From a plasmid, in the sequence record NZ_CP049149.1: a stretch of 64,000 bases of DNA; one strand, written 5' to 3'. Numbering within the stretch: the stretch's first letter is position 1; each line of letters starts with the position of its first letter. Below the pieces are notes generated by a model that ran no database searches, was not told the DNA's origin, and worked only from the letters and a program-made list of their open reading frames with translations. A program made the position numbers and the translations under genes. Positions 54,711-64,000 of the stretch are shown piece by piece.

Positions 54711-55586
54711 ATGACATTCACGAATCTGACCGATCATCTTAAGCTTGCTGCCGACAAACTGGTCGGCTTCAAACCTGAGCCTTATGAATTGAATCCGGGC
54801 TACGCTATGGCGACAGAAAGCATCTACAAGATGGTTGACCAGTTCCACGAGCTGTTTCAGCACCCGCGTCGTGCCATGCCGGAGCCGTCGTTACTGCGTC
54901 TGCGCGCCAAGCTGATCCACGAAGAAGCTGTCACTGAAGGCATCCCAGCTGCCAGGAACGGCGACATGACTGCTCTGCTGGATGCGATGGCTGACTTTCT
55001 GTATGTGGGCATCGGCTCAATGGTGGCGATCAAAGGCGGCATTTCTACCGGGATGAGCTATTACACCCAGGAACAAAGCGTAGATCGCTTCTTCGAAACC
55101 ATCATGGTTCCGGGCAACACCGTCTTTGACGATATGGCCATTCCGTTCCGGGAAGCAGAAGAAGCGGTCGACATGCTGAATGCGCTGGCAGACAGACTGG
55201 TAAAAACGAAAGTCAGTGATGCCGAACTCATTCAGGCGCTGCGCCGCGTAATGAACAAAATTTATGTGGCCTGCATGATGACCTACCGCCTTGCAGACTT
55301 TCTGGGTATCGATGTCGTCGAGCTGGTGGCTGAGATCCACCGTTCAAATATGACGAAGCTGTGGCCAGCTGATGCCGAGGAGCGTCGTGTAGCGGTAGAG
55401 AACTGCAAGTACGACAAAAATGATCTGGGCTTCCGTCATGCAGACGGCACCGAGATGATGATCGGCTTCCGTTTGTCCGATGGGAAGATCCTCAAATCCC
55501 CCACCTACAGCGATGTTGACCTGACTCCCTTCGTTGAAAAGGCAAAAACTTCTGCATTGTACGAAGTGGTTAAAAATCATTTGTAA
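54711..55586 (+). CDS. MazG-like NTP pyrophosphohydrolase candidate (two tandem helical repeats)
   Basis: Two EE..E...D..AD.L(Y/V) segments (IHEEAVTEG...DAMADFLYV and EEAVDMLNALADRL). Confidence 0.3.
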   Translation: MTFTNLTDHLKLAADKLVGFKPEPYELNPGYAMATESIYKMVDQFHELFQHPRRAMPEPSLLRLRAKLIHEEAVTEGIPAARNGDMTALLDAMADFLYVGIGSMVAIKGGISTGMSYYTQEQSVDRFFETIMVPGNTVFDDMAIPFREAEEAVDMLNALADRLVKTKVSDAELIQALRRVMNKIYVACMMTYRLADFLGIDVVELVAEIHRSNMTKLWPADAEERRVAVENCKYDKNDLGFRHADGTEMMIGFRLSDGKILKSPTYSDVDLTPFVEKAKTSALYEVVKNHL

Positions 55587-55654
55587 GTACAAGCTTATCA
55601 AGTTATATTGACTGGGCGTGTTTTATTGTCCAAGTTCTTAATATCTTTTCCTGT

Positions 55655-55682
55655 GGTGGCCTCTGTGCCACCATTTTTTTTG
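55655..55682 (+). terminator. Rho-independent terminator
   Basis: ggtggcctctgtgccaccattttttttg. Confidence 0.55.
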
Positions 55683-55767
55683 CCCCAATTTCTAGCGTTG
55701 AAGGCTTCTGCCGGATAAACTTGCATAAGTAGATATGTATGTACTTACCTATTAATGCGAGGTTGAT

Positions 55768-56871
55768 TTGTCTCTTTTACTGAATCGTGAGCATACCAAC
55801 GGTCAACTTACCAGTACGTCGTATGCCAAAATTGTTGAAACCGTACTCAAAACTGGCGTCCATGCGGGTGATCGCACCGGCACCGGCACGATGAGTGTCT
55901 CTTATGTCCCGTCTTACTACATGCTGACGGGTGGCTCTGTGCCGCTGATCTCCGGCAAGTCCGTTAATCTCAAACCGCTGCTGGTAGAGCTGGAGTGGTA
56001 TCTGAAAGGAACCGGCAACATCCAGTTCCTGAAAGACCACGGTGTAAAAATCTGGGATGCATGGGCTGATGAAAATGGCGATTTAGGCCCGGTGTATGGC
56101 AAGCAGTGGCGTCGCTGGAACGACACCCGCATCGTTGCGCACAGCGACTATCTGCGCCAAATCGACACCTTTCGCGAACGAGGCTACAAGGTTGAGGGCT
56201 ATCTGGGCGTTGAAGAAGATCGGGTGGTTTTATCCCGCGAAATTGACCAGCTACAGCGCATTGTCGACAAGCTCCGCACCAACCCTACCGATCGTCGAAT
56301 CCTGCTGAATGCCTGGAACGTCGGCGAGCTGGAGGACATGAAGCTTCCACCCTGCCACTTTGTCTTCTCACTATGGAGTCGCGAGCTGGACTTTGAAACC
56401 CGTCTGGCAATGGCAACCGAGATTGGCGTGCAGCATAACCGTCACGGCCATGAGTCTGTTTACACACAGATGCTCTGCATTCTGGAACAAGATGGCGGCA
56501 TTACCGAAAGCGTGCTGGACGCGTTGGGCATCCCGAAACGCATCCTGAACTCTTGTCTGGTGCAGCGCAGCGTGGACACCTTCGTTGGGCTTCCCTTCAA
56601 CATTGCAGGCTACGGCATCCTCACCCATTTCCTCGCGAAGATCACCGGCCATATGGCTGGCGCCTTTGTGCATTTTGGCTTTGACGTTCACCTCTACGAC
56701 AACCACATGGACGGCGTTAATGAGCTGATGGGGCGTGAAGTGCCGGCACATTCCGATCCTGTCGTCATTTTCCCGCATGAGTGGGCAGAGCTGGATGATT
56801 TTAAGTGGGAAGGGGTGCAGGTCTGCGGCTATGACCCGCTTCCGTGGATCAAGGTTCCAGTGGCGGTGTGA
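55768..56871 (+). CDS. thyA: Thymidylate synthase (ThyA family), probable TTG start
   Basis: DRTGTGT near the N-terminus, WADENGDLGPVYGKQWRRW, active-site LPPCHFVFSLW, and GLPFNIA. Contains an insertion of about 45 aa relative to E. coli ThyA. Confidence 0.8.
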   Translation: MSLLLNREHTNGQLTSTSYAKIVETVLKTGVHAGDRTGTGTMSVSYVPSYYMLTGGSVPLISGKSVNLKPLLVELEWYLKGTGNIQFLKDHGVKIWDAWADENGDLGPVYGKQWRRWNDTRIVAHSDYLRQIDTFRERGYKVEGYLGVEEDRVVLSREIDQLQRIVDKLRTNPTDRRILLNAWNVGELEDMKLPPCHFVFSLWSRELDFETRLAMATEIGVQHNRHGHESVYTQMLCILEQDGGITESVLDALGIPKRILNSCLVQRSVDTFVGLPFNIAGYGILTHFLAKITGHMAGAFVHFGFDVHLYDNHMDGVNELMGREVPAHSDPVVIFPHEWAELDDFKWEGVQVCGYDPLPWIKVPVAV

Positions 56872-56872
56872 T

Positions 56873-57286
56873 ATGGCCAGAGGAATGTATGTGCTGTGTG
56901 AAATCGAAGGTGTGCTGGCGCGGGCCAGCCATCGTGAATCGGTGTCTGATGCAGATGCAGGCGCTCTCATTGCAGGTGACGAACTCATCTTTTCCACCAG
57001 CCGCATGTTGCGCGGTTTTGCTCGCTCCGGCGCTGAAGTGGTGCTTATCAGCAGCCGCCCGGAGACGCTTGAAGAGCCGACCAAACGCTGGTTGATAGAT
57101 TTTGGGATTGATTACGACTGGCTGCACCTGGCTCCGCGGGGTGTCAGCTTCGATACCCACGTCAAACGCACGTTGGCGGCGCACAAAGGCGACTTACTCA
57201 TCGCCGCGCTGATACACGACCCAAGATTGCGTGCCGTTCTGGCAGAGTCCCATCAGCGACCGACGATTTATGAGGTGAGCCAATGA
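56873..57286 (+). CDS. Hypothetical protein
   Basis: 137-aa ORF between thyA and the DHFR gene, coupled at both ends. Confidence 0.35.
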   Translation: MARGMYVLCEIEGVLARASHRESVSDADAGALIAGDELIFSTSRMLRGFARSGAEVVLISSRPETLEEPTKRWLIDFGIDYDWLHLAPRGVSFDTHVKRTLAAHKGDLLIAALIHDPRLRAVLAESHQRPTIYEVSQ

Positions 57287-57759
57287 AGATGATTGCAGCT
57301 GTCGGCCGCAATTATGAGATCGGCATTGGCAATGATCTCCCCTGGCGCTGCCCGGCCGATTTGAAGCTGTTCAAACAGCTCACCAGAAACGCCACCGTCG
57401 TGATGGGGCGTAAGACGATGGAAAGTCTCAAGCGCCCGCTTCCGGAGCGCCACAATCTCGTTTTGACGCGTTCTCGTGGCTATATGCCCAATGGGTTTTA
57501 CCCCGCGAGCGTGGAGGATGTGCTGGCGTTGCCAGATCCGGTGTGGGTTATTGGCGGCGGCCAGATTTACTCCGTGATGATGCCGCATGTGGAAGAAATT
57601 TGGCTCTCACACATTGGCGTGGACGTGCCAGAGGCTGACGCGTTCTTCCCGGCGCAGATGATGCGCGCTTTAGGCTTTGTGCCCGTGGATACGGCTTATA
57701 CCCAACGTGCGAGTGAGGATGAGCCTGGCTTTTTGCAGATCGTTTACAGAAGGTCGTAA
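57283..57759 (+). CDS. folA: Dihydrofolate reductase
   Basis: MKMIAAVGRNYEIGIGNDLPWRCPADLKLFKQLT..VVMGRKTMESL aligns with E. coli FolA. 158 aa. Confidence 0.8.
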   Translation: MKMIAAVGRNYEIGIGNDLPWRCPADLKLFKQLTRNATVVMGRKTMESLKRPLPERHNLVLTRSRGYMPNGFYPASVEDVLALPDPVWVIGGGQIYSVMMPHVEEIWLSHIGVDVPEADAFFPAQMMRALGFVPVDTAYTQRASEDEPGFLQIVYRRS

Positions 57760-58403
57760 TGGATTACCGGATTGGGATCACTGGTGCCCAGGGCAGTGGA
57801 AAAACAACCTTGGCCAATTTTATCGATCGGCATTACGGCATCCCCTATGTGGATGCCGGTGTCGGCAAGCTGATGAGCGAGCTTGGCGTAAAAGTGGGAG
57901 AGCAGCTGCCGCTTTACGAACGCCTGCAAGTGCAAATGGAGATTGCCAAACATATCGAGCTGATTACCCGCGGCATGGAAGGCTTCGTGATTGACCGCAC
58001 ACCGCTGGATGTCGTGGCTTACACGTTAGATCTGGCAGGCCAGACCAATGAAGAGCGCTGCATCGAGCTGGCACTTGAAATCGAGCGGTTTTGCCACCGT
58101 GCTGCCGTCAGCAACTTCAACGCGATTGTCGGGCTTCGACCCGGCGTGGCATTGAGCAATGCCGATCGAAGCCGGGAGCAGCGTGCTTCTCTTGACCGAC
58201 TCTATGTTGCGCGTATCGATGCGCTGATGTGTGGCGAACTCACCAAGATTAACGCCATGCCCAGAATTGGCGACCTGCAAGTCTTCGTCATCTCAGAGAA
58301 ATGCAAAACGATAGATGCTCGGGCCAGGTCTGTTATGCGCGTGCTGGATGGTGCCGTCGAGCGGATCGAGCGCCGTGCTATTGGGCGAGTTACCTATCAC
58401 TGA
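57759..58403 (+). CDS. P-loop kinase, probable (deoxy)nucleoside monophosphate kinase
   Basis: Walker A IGITGAQGSGKTTLA. Lies in a thyA / DHFR nucleotide-metabolism operon. Confidence 0.4.
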   Translation: MDYRIGITGAQGSGKTTLANFIDRHYGIPYVDAGVGKLMSELGVKVGEQLPLYERLQVQMEIAKHIELITRGMEGFVIDRTPLDVVAYTLDLAGQTNEERCIELALEIERFCHRAAVSNFNAIVGLRPGVALSNADRSREQRASLDRLYVARIDALMCGELTKINAMPRIGDLQVFVISEKCKTIDARARSVMRVLDGAVERIERRAIGRVTYH

Positions 58404-58466
58404 AACTTGCTCGCCTGTTACGCGATGCGACAATCCACCACGCAGAATCATTTCAGGAAAAACAGC

Positions 58467-58886
58467 ATGATAGATGAACTACCCCTGACTGATGAGTTAG
58501 ATCGCAAAGTTGTCGAAGCGCTGATCCGCATTGCGGATGAACAGGATCGCTCACTCATGACAGAGCGCGAAGCGCGGCTGGCAATCCGCGCTATTTTCGA
58601 GTCAGCGCAGGGTCTTGTTGGGGAGGAAGTTGGCGAGGCCATTAACGTGGCCATGTCGCAATTTAACCACGGCACCAAACGCCCGCTCTTTCCTCTGCAT
58701 CTCCAGTTGGCTGGCGGATCGGTGCTCTATGTCTCCGTCTGCCTCGAAACGAACCAGATTAACGTCCTCAATACCACGACGGGTGAATGGCGAGCGCCAG
58801 TCGTCTGTGAAAGTGGTGAGGAAGCCTTGAAGAAGGCCGCTCAGTTTGTGCGTGGCGCACTGCTGAAAGGCGCGAAGAAGCTGTAA
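58467..58886 (+). CDS. Hypothetical protein
   Basis: About 139-aa ORF. Confidence 0.35.
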   Translation: MIDELPLTDELDRKVVEALIRIADEQDRSLMTEREARLAIRAIFESAQGLVGEEVGEAINVAMSQFNHGTKRPLFPLHLQLAGGSVLYVSVCLETNQINVLNTTTGEWRAPVVCESGEEALKKAAQFVRGALLKGAKKL

Positions 58887-58895
58887 GGAGTAGCA

Positions 58896-59453
58896 ATGAC
58901 CACGATTGTCGGTGGTATCGATATCGAGTCCACAGGGCTGGATTTCACATCCGGCCATAAAATCATTGAAATCGCCATTACGCGTTACGATCTGGACACC
59001 CAGACCCACATCGACAGCCTTGAAATGCGTTTCAATCCACGCCGCAGTATCGACCCAAAAGCCCAGGCGGTGCATGGCATTTCGCTGGAGGCGCTGGCCG
59101 CGGAGCCGCTGTTGTCTGACCATGCCAAAGAGATTGCTGCCTACATGGGCGCGTGCAGTGTATGGGTGGCGCACAACGGCGAAGCTTTCGATATTCCGTT
59201 CATCCGCCACGAGTTCGCCGGGTATGGGGTGACACTGCCAGATGTGCCGCTGGTGGATTCCATGTTATCAGGCCTCTGGGCGACCGAAGACGGCAAACGC
59301 CCACGTCTGGAAGAGCTGGCGTTCTCTCTGGGCTTCGTATATGACCGAGAGAAGGCGCACAGCGCGCTCTACGATACAGAACTCATGATGCAATGCTTCT
59401 TCAAAGCGCGTGAAAAATACGGCTTCTTTAAACTCCCCTTCGAAAGCGCCTGA
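58896..59453 (+). CDS. DnaQ-like 3'-5' exonuclease (Pol III epsilon-like proofreader)
   Basis: Exo I GIDIESTG, Exo II HNGEAFDIPF, Exo III HSALYDTE. Confidence 0.65.
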   Translation: MTTIVGGIDIESTGLDFTSGHKIIEIAITRYDLDTQTHIDSLEMRFNPRRSIDPKAQAVHGISLEALAAEPLLSDHAKEIAAYMGACSVWVAHNGEAFDIPFIRHEFAGYGVTLPDVPLVDSMLSGLWATEDGKRPRLEELAFSLGFVYDREKAHSALYDTELMMQCFFKAREKYGFFKLPFESA

Positions 59454-59574
59454 TGGCGCTTTCTTTTTCCCTCAAGTCATTCTAACTGCCTGCATTTATC
59501 TCTTTTCCGCCTAATAGGTCTTGTCAAAATACGCTCATCAAAACGCAGTACGCGATTAACGAAAGGAGATAAAC

Positions 59575-60378
59575 ATGAGCACTATTAATAACGCAGTTAA
59601 GAACGATGACCTGGACGAACTGACCGCCATGCTCCAGTCACTGGATGAGCCAGTGGCAAAAGCGGCGAAGTCGAGCGGCAGCGATGACATTGACGATCTG
59701 CTGGCTGGTCTGGATGACCATATCACTCGTCCGGTTGAAGCTGTTGCGGATGAGGTTATGCATAGCGTGGCAAATGACGACATGAGCAGCGTCTTTGAAG
59801 AGCTGGAGGTAGAGCACGAGTCCGTAAAGGTTGTTGAGACGGCGCACGATATGGCATCCGAGCCAGCAACTGAAAACGAACCTGTGATTGAAGCGCACAA
59901 CAATGAGTTTAAAGGGACCGATCCAACTCCTGCGCCTGAAGTGCAAACGGCCAAAACAGAGCGGGCGCCAGCCAAGCCTCGCTTCACTCTGGAAGGCAAG
60001 GGTGAAGAGTTCTTTAGCAGTGCGGGTCTGGATCGCGAGGCTTTTACCAGTGCCTTCGAGAAGGCGCCTGTGAAAGCGAAGGATAAGATCTTAAACCTTC
60101 TCAACTGGTTCAGTGGCGGTCCGGAAATTAGCGTTTATACGGTGATTGCTGTGCGCCACATTCTTGAAACCAAGACGGTGACCAGTAACAGCATCAAGCT
60201 GGCACTGATGAGCAATCCGGAAAAGCCGTATCCGCTGAACACTGCCTCAACACAGGCTGGTCAGATGATGGCGCTGTTTCCTGCTGTCGGCATCGCGACG
60301 CGTGATGGTGGAACGCTGACGCTGAACGAAGCGTCCCCGATCATCAAGAAATTTGTAACGGAGTACACTATTGGATGA
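59575..60378 (+). CDS. Acidic hypothetical protein
   Basis: 267-aa ORF. A terminator precedes it at 59445-59469. Confidence 0.4.
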   Translation: MSTINNAVKNDDLDELTAMLQSLDEPVAKAAKSSGSDDIDDLLAGLDDHITRPVEAVADEVMHSVANDDMSSVFEELEVEHESVKVVETAHDMASEPATENEPVIEAHNNEFKGTDPTPAPEVQTAKTERAPAKPRFTLEGKGEEFFSSAGLDREAFTSAFEKAPVKAKDKILNLLNWFSGGPEISVYTVIAVRHILETKTVTSNSIKLALMSNPEKPYPLNTASTQAGQMMALFPAVGIATRDGGTLTLNEASPIIKKFVTEYTIG

Positions 60379-60498
60379 CCTCTTCCAGCCTAAAGAAGAG
60401 TCCTTTCTAAGATTAAACTGTATACCGCTGTTGATTTGGGCGATTTTAGCCATATCGCCCAAATCGTTGTGCAGGCCTGTCTTGGAGTTCACGCGGAT

Positions 60499-60741
60499 TT
60501 AGATATTCCGATCCTGTTTCGCGCTATTCCCCTTCACAAGGTCGGCCGCCCAGGCGACGAGGTAAGCCAGAGCAAAAAAACCGACGAAACCGGCTAGTTT
60601 CATCAACCATCCATCGAGGATAAAAAGGCAACCAAAAGCCGCAAAAGCGCATAGACAGGTTGAAACCGCTTCGACCATATTTGCCGAATAAACCCTCAGG
60701 GATTTGAAAATACTATTTCGCGAGGAGTTTGCAGATTTCAT
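60499..60741 (-). CDS. Small two-TM membrane protein (downstream gene of a low-GC two-gene cassette)
   Basis: AVSTCLCAFAAFGCLFILDGW and LAGFVGFFALAYLVAWAA. Overlaps the upstream gene. Confidence 0.35.
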   Translation of the reverse strand: MKSANSSRNSIFKSLRVYSANMVEAVSTCLCAFAAFGCLFILDGWLMKLAGFVGFFALAYLVAWAADLVKGNSAKQDRNI

Positions 60742-61357
60742 TTTCAATCCCTTTGCACTGAACCGGATGGCTTTCAATATACATTAGATAAGGTTCAAGT
60801 TCACTTTCAACGAGAAAGTAAACCATATCCAGATTCATGTAGACGACCTTATAATAGGTAATCGGGTATTTTTGCTGCATACGTCGAGATGCTCTTGCAG
60901 CTTCTTCGATCAGGCCTTGTATCATAACGATGTTGAGAGTAAAGGCTGACGCTACGCGAGTGACACGCATCATGATGTCGCTCATTTTTACCCGATTTAT
61001 TATACGTTTAGCAATATACTGGGAGATGAACGCGTTTGCGCCCATACGGCTGCCCAACTTTGCATCTGAGTAATGAAGCTTATCGTTAATCGCTTTCTTA
61101 CCCGCATCATCTAGTTTCTCATAGAAATCACTGATCACCATCGTAACCAGTTTCCTGACCGGTTCTTCATTCGATGCAAGATCTTTGAACGCTCTCATAA
61201 ATCGCTCGGTTTCATACTCATTACGTACTTTCATCTCGCGACCAAAGGCGCCTGACCCTTCAGCCGTTCTTACAATGGTTAAATAAAGCCCTTGTGGAAC
61301 AGCCGCCAGCCCGTCAACAATTCCTTTAGCTACTAGTTTTGCATCCATAAAATCCAT
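60713..61357 (-). CDS. Hypothetical cytoplasmic protein (upstream gene of the low-GC cassette)
   Basis: About 215 aa and about 42% GC. No recognisable motif. Confidence 0.35.
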   Translation of the reverse strand: MDFMDAKLVAKGIVDGLAAVPQGLYLTIVRTAEGSGAFGREMKVRNEYETERFMRAFKDLASNEEPVRKLVTMVISDFYEKLDDAGKKAINDKLHYSDAKLGSRMGANAFISQYIAKRIINRVKMSDIMMRVTRVASAFTLNIVMIQGLIEEAARASRRMQQKYPITYYKVVYMNLDMVYFLVESELEPYLMYIESHPVQCKGIENEICKLLAK

Positions 61358-61524
61358 CTCACGAAATATGCCGATTTTGTAGGTTATCAAAACTGTATTG
61401 CTGAATAGCTAACCATCATTCTATTTCAGAAAATTCCCAGATCGTTGAACTAAGCAGTGTAGATTTTAATGACTCTGAGTGTTTAATACGCTACATAAGA
61501 CCATCCATAACCAGCACCCAAAAA

Positions 61525-61572
61525 ACGCGTCAGAATGCATTTCCTTTGCAAATTCTGGCGCGTTTTCTTTTG
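61525..61572 (+). terminator. Long-stem hairpin terminator
   Basis: aacgcgtcagaatgcatttcctttgcaaattctggcgcgttttctttt. Confidence 0.45.
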
Positions 61573-61619
61573 TTTGCGATTTGCTGTGCCAAATGAAACA
61601 ATAGGTAAGCAGTTACCTA

Positions 61620-62225
61620 ATGGAAAGAGCAATGATTGCAGCTGAAAAAATCAAAAAGCGAGAGCGAGATGCCTCTCTTCGAGACCTTTGGCGCACTCCC
61701 AAATGGTTGTTTATCGCCATCCAACGATATATAGGCGCCGAGTTCGATGTGGACGTCGCCTGCAACAAGGATAACGCGTTACTGCCCAACTACATCGGCG
61801 TTGAACGTGATGCCCTGAAAAGCAGCTGGGGTGAGCCTGGCACCGTGGCATTTCTAAACCCGCCCTACTCCCGGATATCTCCTTGGATCGACGCGGCCAT
61901 TCGGGAGCAGGCGCGTGGCGTAACGACAGTCATGCTGATCCCACAGTCCCTCGATACCCAATGGTATGAACGCGCCACTGAGTGCGCCAACGAGACCGTT
62001 ATTCTGTCTGGCGGCCGTGTGGCGTTTGTGGAGCCGGATGTCGAGCTGGGGCTGGTGGAGGTCAACGTGAATCCCGGTGGCAGTATGCTGGTCATCTTCC
62101 GTGGGTTTTGTCAGGAAGCTGGGCATGTCATCAGCAAGATACCGCTGGCGGTGATGAAAAAGCTGGGTGGTTATGATCCTGCCAATGTCATCAGAAAGAA
62201 AAGACCAGTTAAGAAGGCAGCTTGA
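61620..62225 (+). CDS. dam: Phage-type DNA N6-adenine methyltransferase (Dam family)
   Basis: FLNPPYS (N/DPPY catalytic motif). About 200 aa, typical of the phage Dam family. Coordinates are taken from the ORF track; counting sequence lines by hand puts the ATG at 61621, one base later than the track, which I could not reconcile. Confidence 0.6.
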   Translation: MERAMIAAEKIKKRERDASLRDLWRTPKWLFIAIQRYIGAEFDVDVACNKDNALLPNYIGVERDALKSSWGEPGTVAFLNPPYSRISPWIDAAIREQARGVTTVMLIPQSLDTQWYERATECANETVILSGGRVAFVEPDVELGLVEVNVNPGGSMLVIFRGFCQEAGHVISKIPLAVMKKLGGYDPANVIRKKRPVKKAA

Positions 62226-62249
62226 TACCAGTCTGAGAGTGTTTCAGAA

Positions 62250-62306
62250 CCTGCTTCCGTATATATAAATAACTAAGTACTAATTATTAATATATACAGA
62301 AACAGG
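62250..62306 (+). repeat. Second copy of the TATAAATA-loop hairpin element
   Basis: cctgcttccgtatatataaataactaagtactaattattaatatatacagaaacagg. About 75% identical to 10797-10848. Confidence 0.35.
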
Positions 62307-62424
62307 CTTTTAAAGTCTGTGTTTCTGAACCCACTCCCAGACCGATTTACACCTCCAGAACTCTCTGGAACCCCTCTCCAGACGCTCTAGAATCGTTTTT
62401 AAAGACACAGTAAGGAAAACTATC

Positions 62425-62655
62425 ATGGCATACCCGACGAACGTCGTAGCGCTCGTTGAGAGCGATTTTCTGGCCAAAGCCCGTGACATGATGAAAGATC
62501 GCGAAAAGGCTTTCAGTCTGTACGAATGGTCACTCAAATGCCTGCACGCAGGCGAGCATCGCGAGTTGCTGGAGCAGCTCTTAGGCGAACTTATCAATGA
62601 GGTGTTTGCACTCAATGTCCAGCTTCATGGGCGAGATAATAACCAAACAGTTTAA
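62425..62655 (+). CDS. Hypothetical protein
   Basis: 76-aa ORF. Confidence 0.35.
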   Translation: MAYPTNVVALVESDFLAKARDMMKDREKAFSLYEWSLKCLHAGEHRELLEQLLGELINEVFALNVQLHGRDNNQTV

Positions 62656-63240
62656 TAGGTAAGTACAAACTATTTTAAGCCGTGATCGCCAGTGATAAAA
62701 TCTCCGCGCTGGCAGATGTATCTGCCAGCTCGACCTGATGGGTGGGGGATAGCGTCACTGGCGTCAGGTTTAAAAAAGCCCACTACCAGCGTAGAACCGG
62801 CACCGTTTAGGGGTTGGGGAAGGGGGAACCAAAGTGGGCAGAGACAAGGGTCACTTTATGATTGTCGAGTCTGGGATGTTTCGAGAGGTTGAATCCAGTA
62901 CTCCCCTTCATAGAGTGTGGGAAGATCTCGGTTCTGGGGTGCTGTCATCCATAACTTCCCAAGCCTAAGCTGGCAGTAGACTTAGGTCATAACTTTTCAG
63001 GTTATGTAACGACCAGGTTGGTGAGGAATTTTTGTACTCACCTCCCTGGGAGAGTATTACCTGAAAAGACAACCTCTCACTTCGTTCGAGGTGAACTTCA
63101 CTCACTTCGTTCGTTCAGTTCAGGGGATTTAACCCCTGTTCTGGGAAGTAAGTTTTTTTATTAATTTAAATACTTTACACGCACGCGTGCGCACACGCGC
63201 GAGGAAAAAAATCGTCGCGGCGCGCGTTTCTGGAGCCACC

Positions 63241-63834
63241 ATGACGACGAAGACACCAGCCCGACAAAAAACTGGCTGCCGGCCAAAGTCCAAACGAAAC
63301 CATCCCCAGACCCGATTCAAAACTCCCGCAGTCGACTTCAATCCCCAGCTTAAAACCGTAAAAGTGTTCAGTGACGGCTCCTGCCTCAAAAATCCGGGCG
63401 GGCCTGGTGGCTACGGCATTGTTCTCCAGTATCGCGATGAAGAGCGCGAGCTTTCTGATGGCTTCCACAGCACCACCAACAACCGCATGGAAATGATGGG
63501 CGCGCTGATGGCTCTGGAGCGGCTCAAGTACCCCTGTAACGTCATTCTGTATTCGGACAGCCAGTATCTCAAAAACGGCATGACGCTCTGGATGAAAGGC
63601 TGGAAGCGCAACGGCTGGGTGACGTCAGAGAAGAAGCCAGTGAAGAATGTTGATTTGTGGAAACGACTCGATGCAGCGGCCAGTCGACATAACGTTCGCT
63701 GGCAATGGGTCAAAGGCCATGCCGGACATCGCGAGAATGAGATCTGCGACCGGCTGGCAAAGATAGCTGCTTTCGCCGCAGCGGATACCCCACACAAACG
63801 AGATATCGGTTTTTTGGCTCAAAATGATAAGTAG
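63241..63834 (+). CDS. rnhA: Ribonuclease HI with basic N-terminal extension
   Basis: [73 protein letters not shown] matches E. coli RnhA almost collinearly. Confidence 0.8.
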   Translation: MTTKTPARQKTGCRPKSKRNHPQTRFKTPAVDFNPQLKTVKVFSDGSCLKNPGGPGGYGIVLQYRDEERELSDGFHSTTNNRMEMMGALMALERLKYPCNVILYSDSQYLKNGMTLWMKGWKRNGWVTSEKKPVKNVDLWKRLDAAASRHNVRWQWVKGHAGHRENEICDRLAKIAAFAAADTPHKRDIGFLAQNDK

Positions 63835-64000
63835 GTATTTACCTATCATATTAAATCAGGTATCTTATCCATCGTCAGGATGACGAAGCGTCGGTAAGGC
63901 GCTGTTCCACGGATGGAACGCCCAAAGGCGGCTGGCAATGCCAGCCGCAACTCTTTCTGACATTGAATGGATTTCACATGGCACACCAAACGCCTCTCAC

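Noticed and set aside
56371-57084. 237-aa minus-strand ORF opposite thyA and the downstream gene
   Set aside because: ThyA identity on the plus strand is unambiguous (LPPCH active site). The antisense ORF has no support.

Overview
Overall call (inference from gene content; I cannot run a database search): a roughly 50% GC, densely coded 64-kb segment of an enterobacterial temperate phage-plasmid of the SSU5 / pHCM2 / pMT1 type. From 5' to 3' the window contains the following.

- Tail fiber and lysis genes: the 3' end of a coiled-coil tail fiber gene, an adjacent small lipoprotein, a second 842-aa tail fiber with a C-terminal self-cleaving chaperone domain, and a holin / endolysin / overlapping spanin lysis cassette.
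- Two AT-rich accessory islands flanking a type Ib parA/parG partition locus. One carries a 403-aa protein with a C-terminal HEPN-like R-x4-HG motif; the other carries two membrane proteins.
- A T4-flavoured DNA metabolism set: DnaB-like helicase, primase, ATP-dependent ligase, PhoH, glutaredoxin, and a CobT-like vWA protein with a CobS-like AAA+ ATPase. A DnaE-type polymerase is split into two ORFs by a free-standing HNH endonuclease gene. The set continues with UvsY-like, gp32-like SSB, a 5'-3' exonuclease, a UvsX/RecA-like recombinase carrying a LAGLIDADG intein in its P-loop, gp47/gp46-like SbcD/SbcC, RuvC-like, NrdA/NrdB, ThyA, DHFR, a DnaQ-like exonuclease, a phage-type Dam methylase and RNase HI.
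- One tRNA-Asn(GTT) inside a highly structured non-coding stretch.
- A 1221-bp IS3-family (IS407-group-like) insertion sequence inserted after codon 2 of a small AT-rich membrane-protein gene.
- A Cre/XerD-like tyrosine recombinase with a lox-like 13-7-13 site and a LexA-box-like sequence upstream, next to an XRE-type regulator.
- A P1-type RepA replicon: 5 iterons plus a GATC cluster and DnaA box upstream of repA, and 9-10 iterons downstream.

Two recurrent regulatory words stand out: the near-palindrome GAAAACAAnTTGTTTT upstream of at least six genes, and an AT-rich TAAGTA...TACTTAC hairpin-like word in most intergenic gaps. Candidate novel systems are the HEPN-like island (7087-8298), the membrane-protein cassette (9590-10772), a low-GC two-gene cassette (60499-61357) and a HicAB-like pair (34958-35828).

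Coordinates of features I placed by hand may be off by 1-2 nt.
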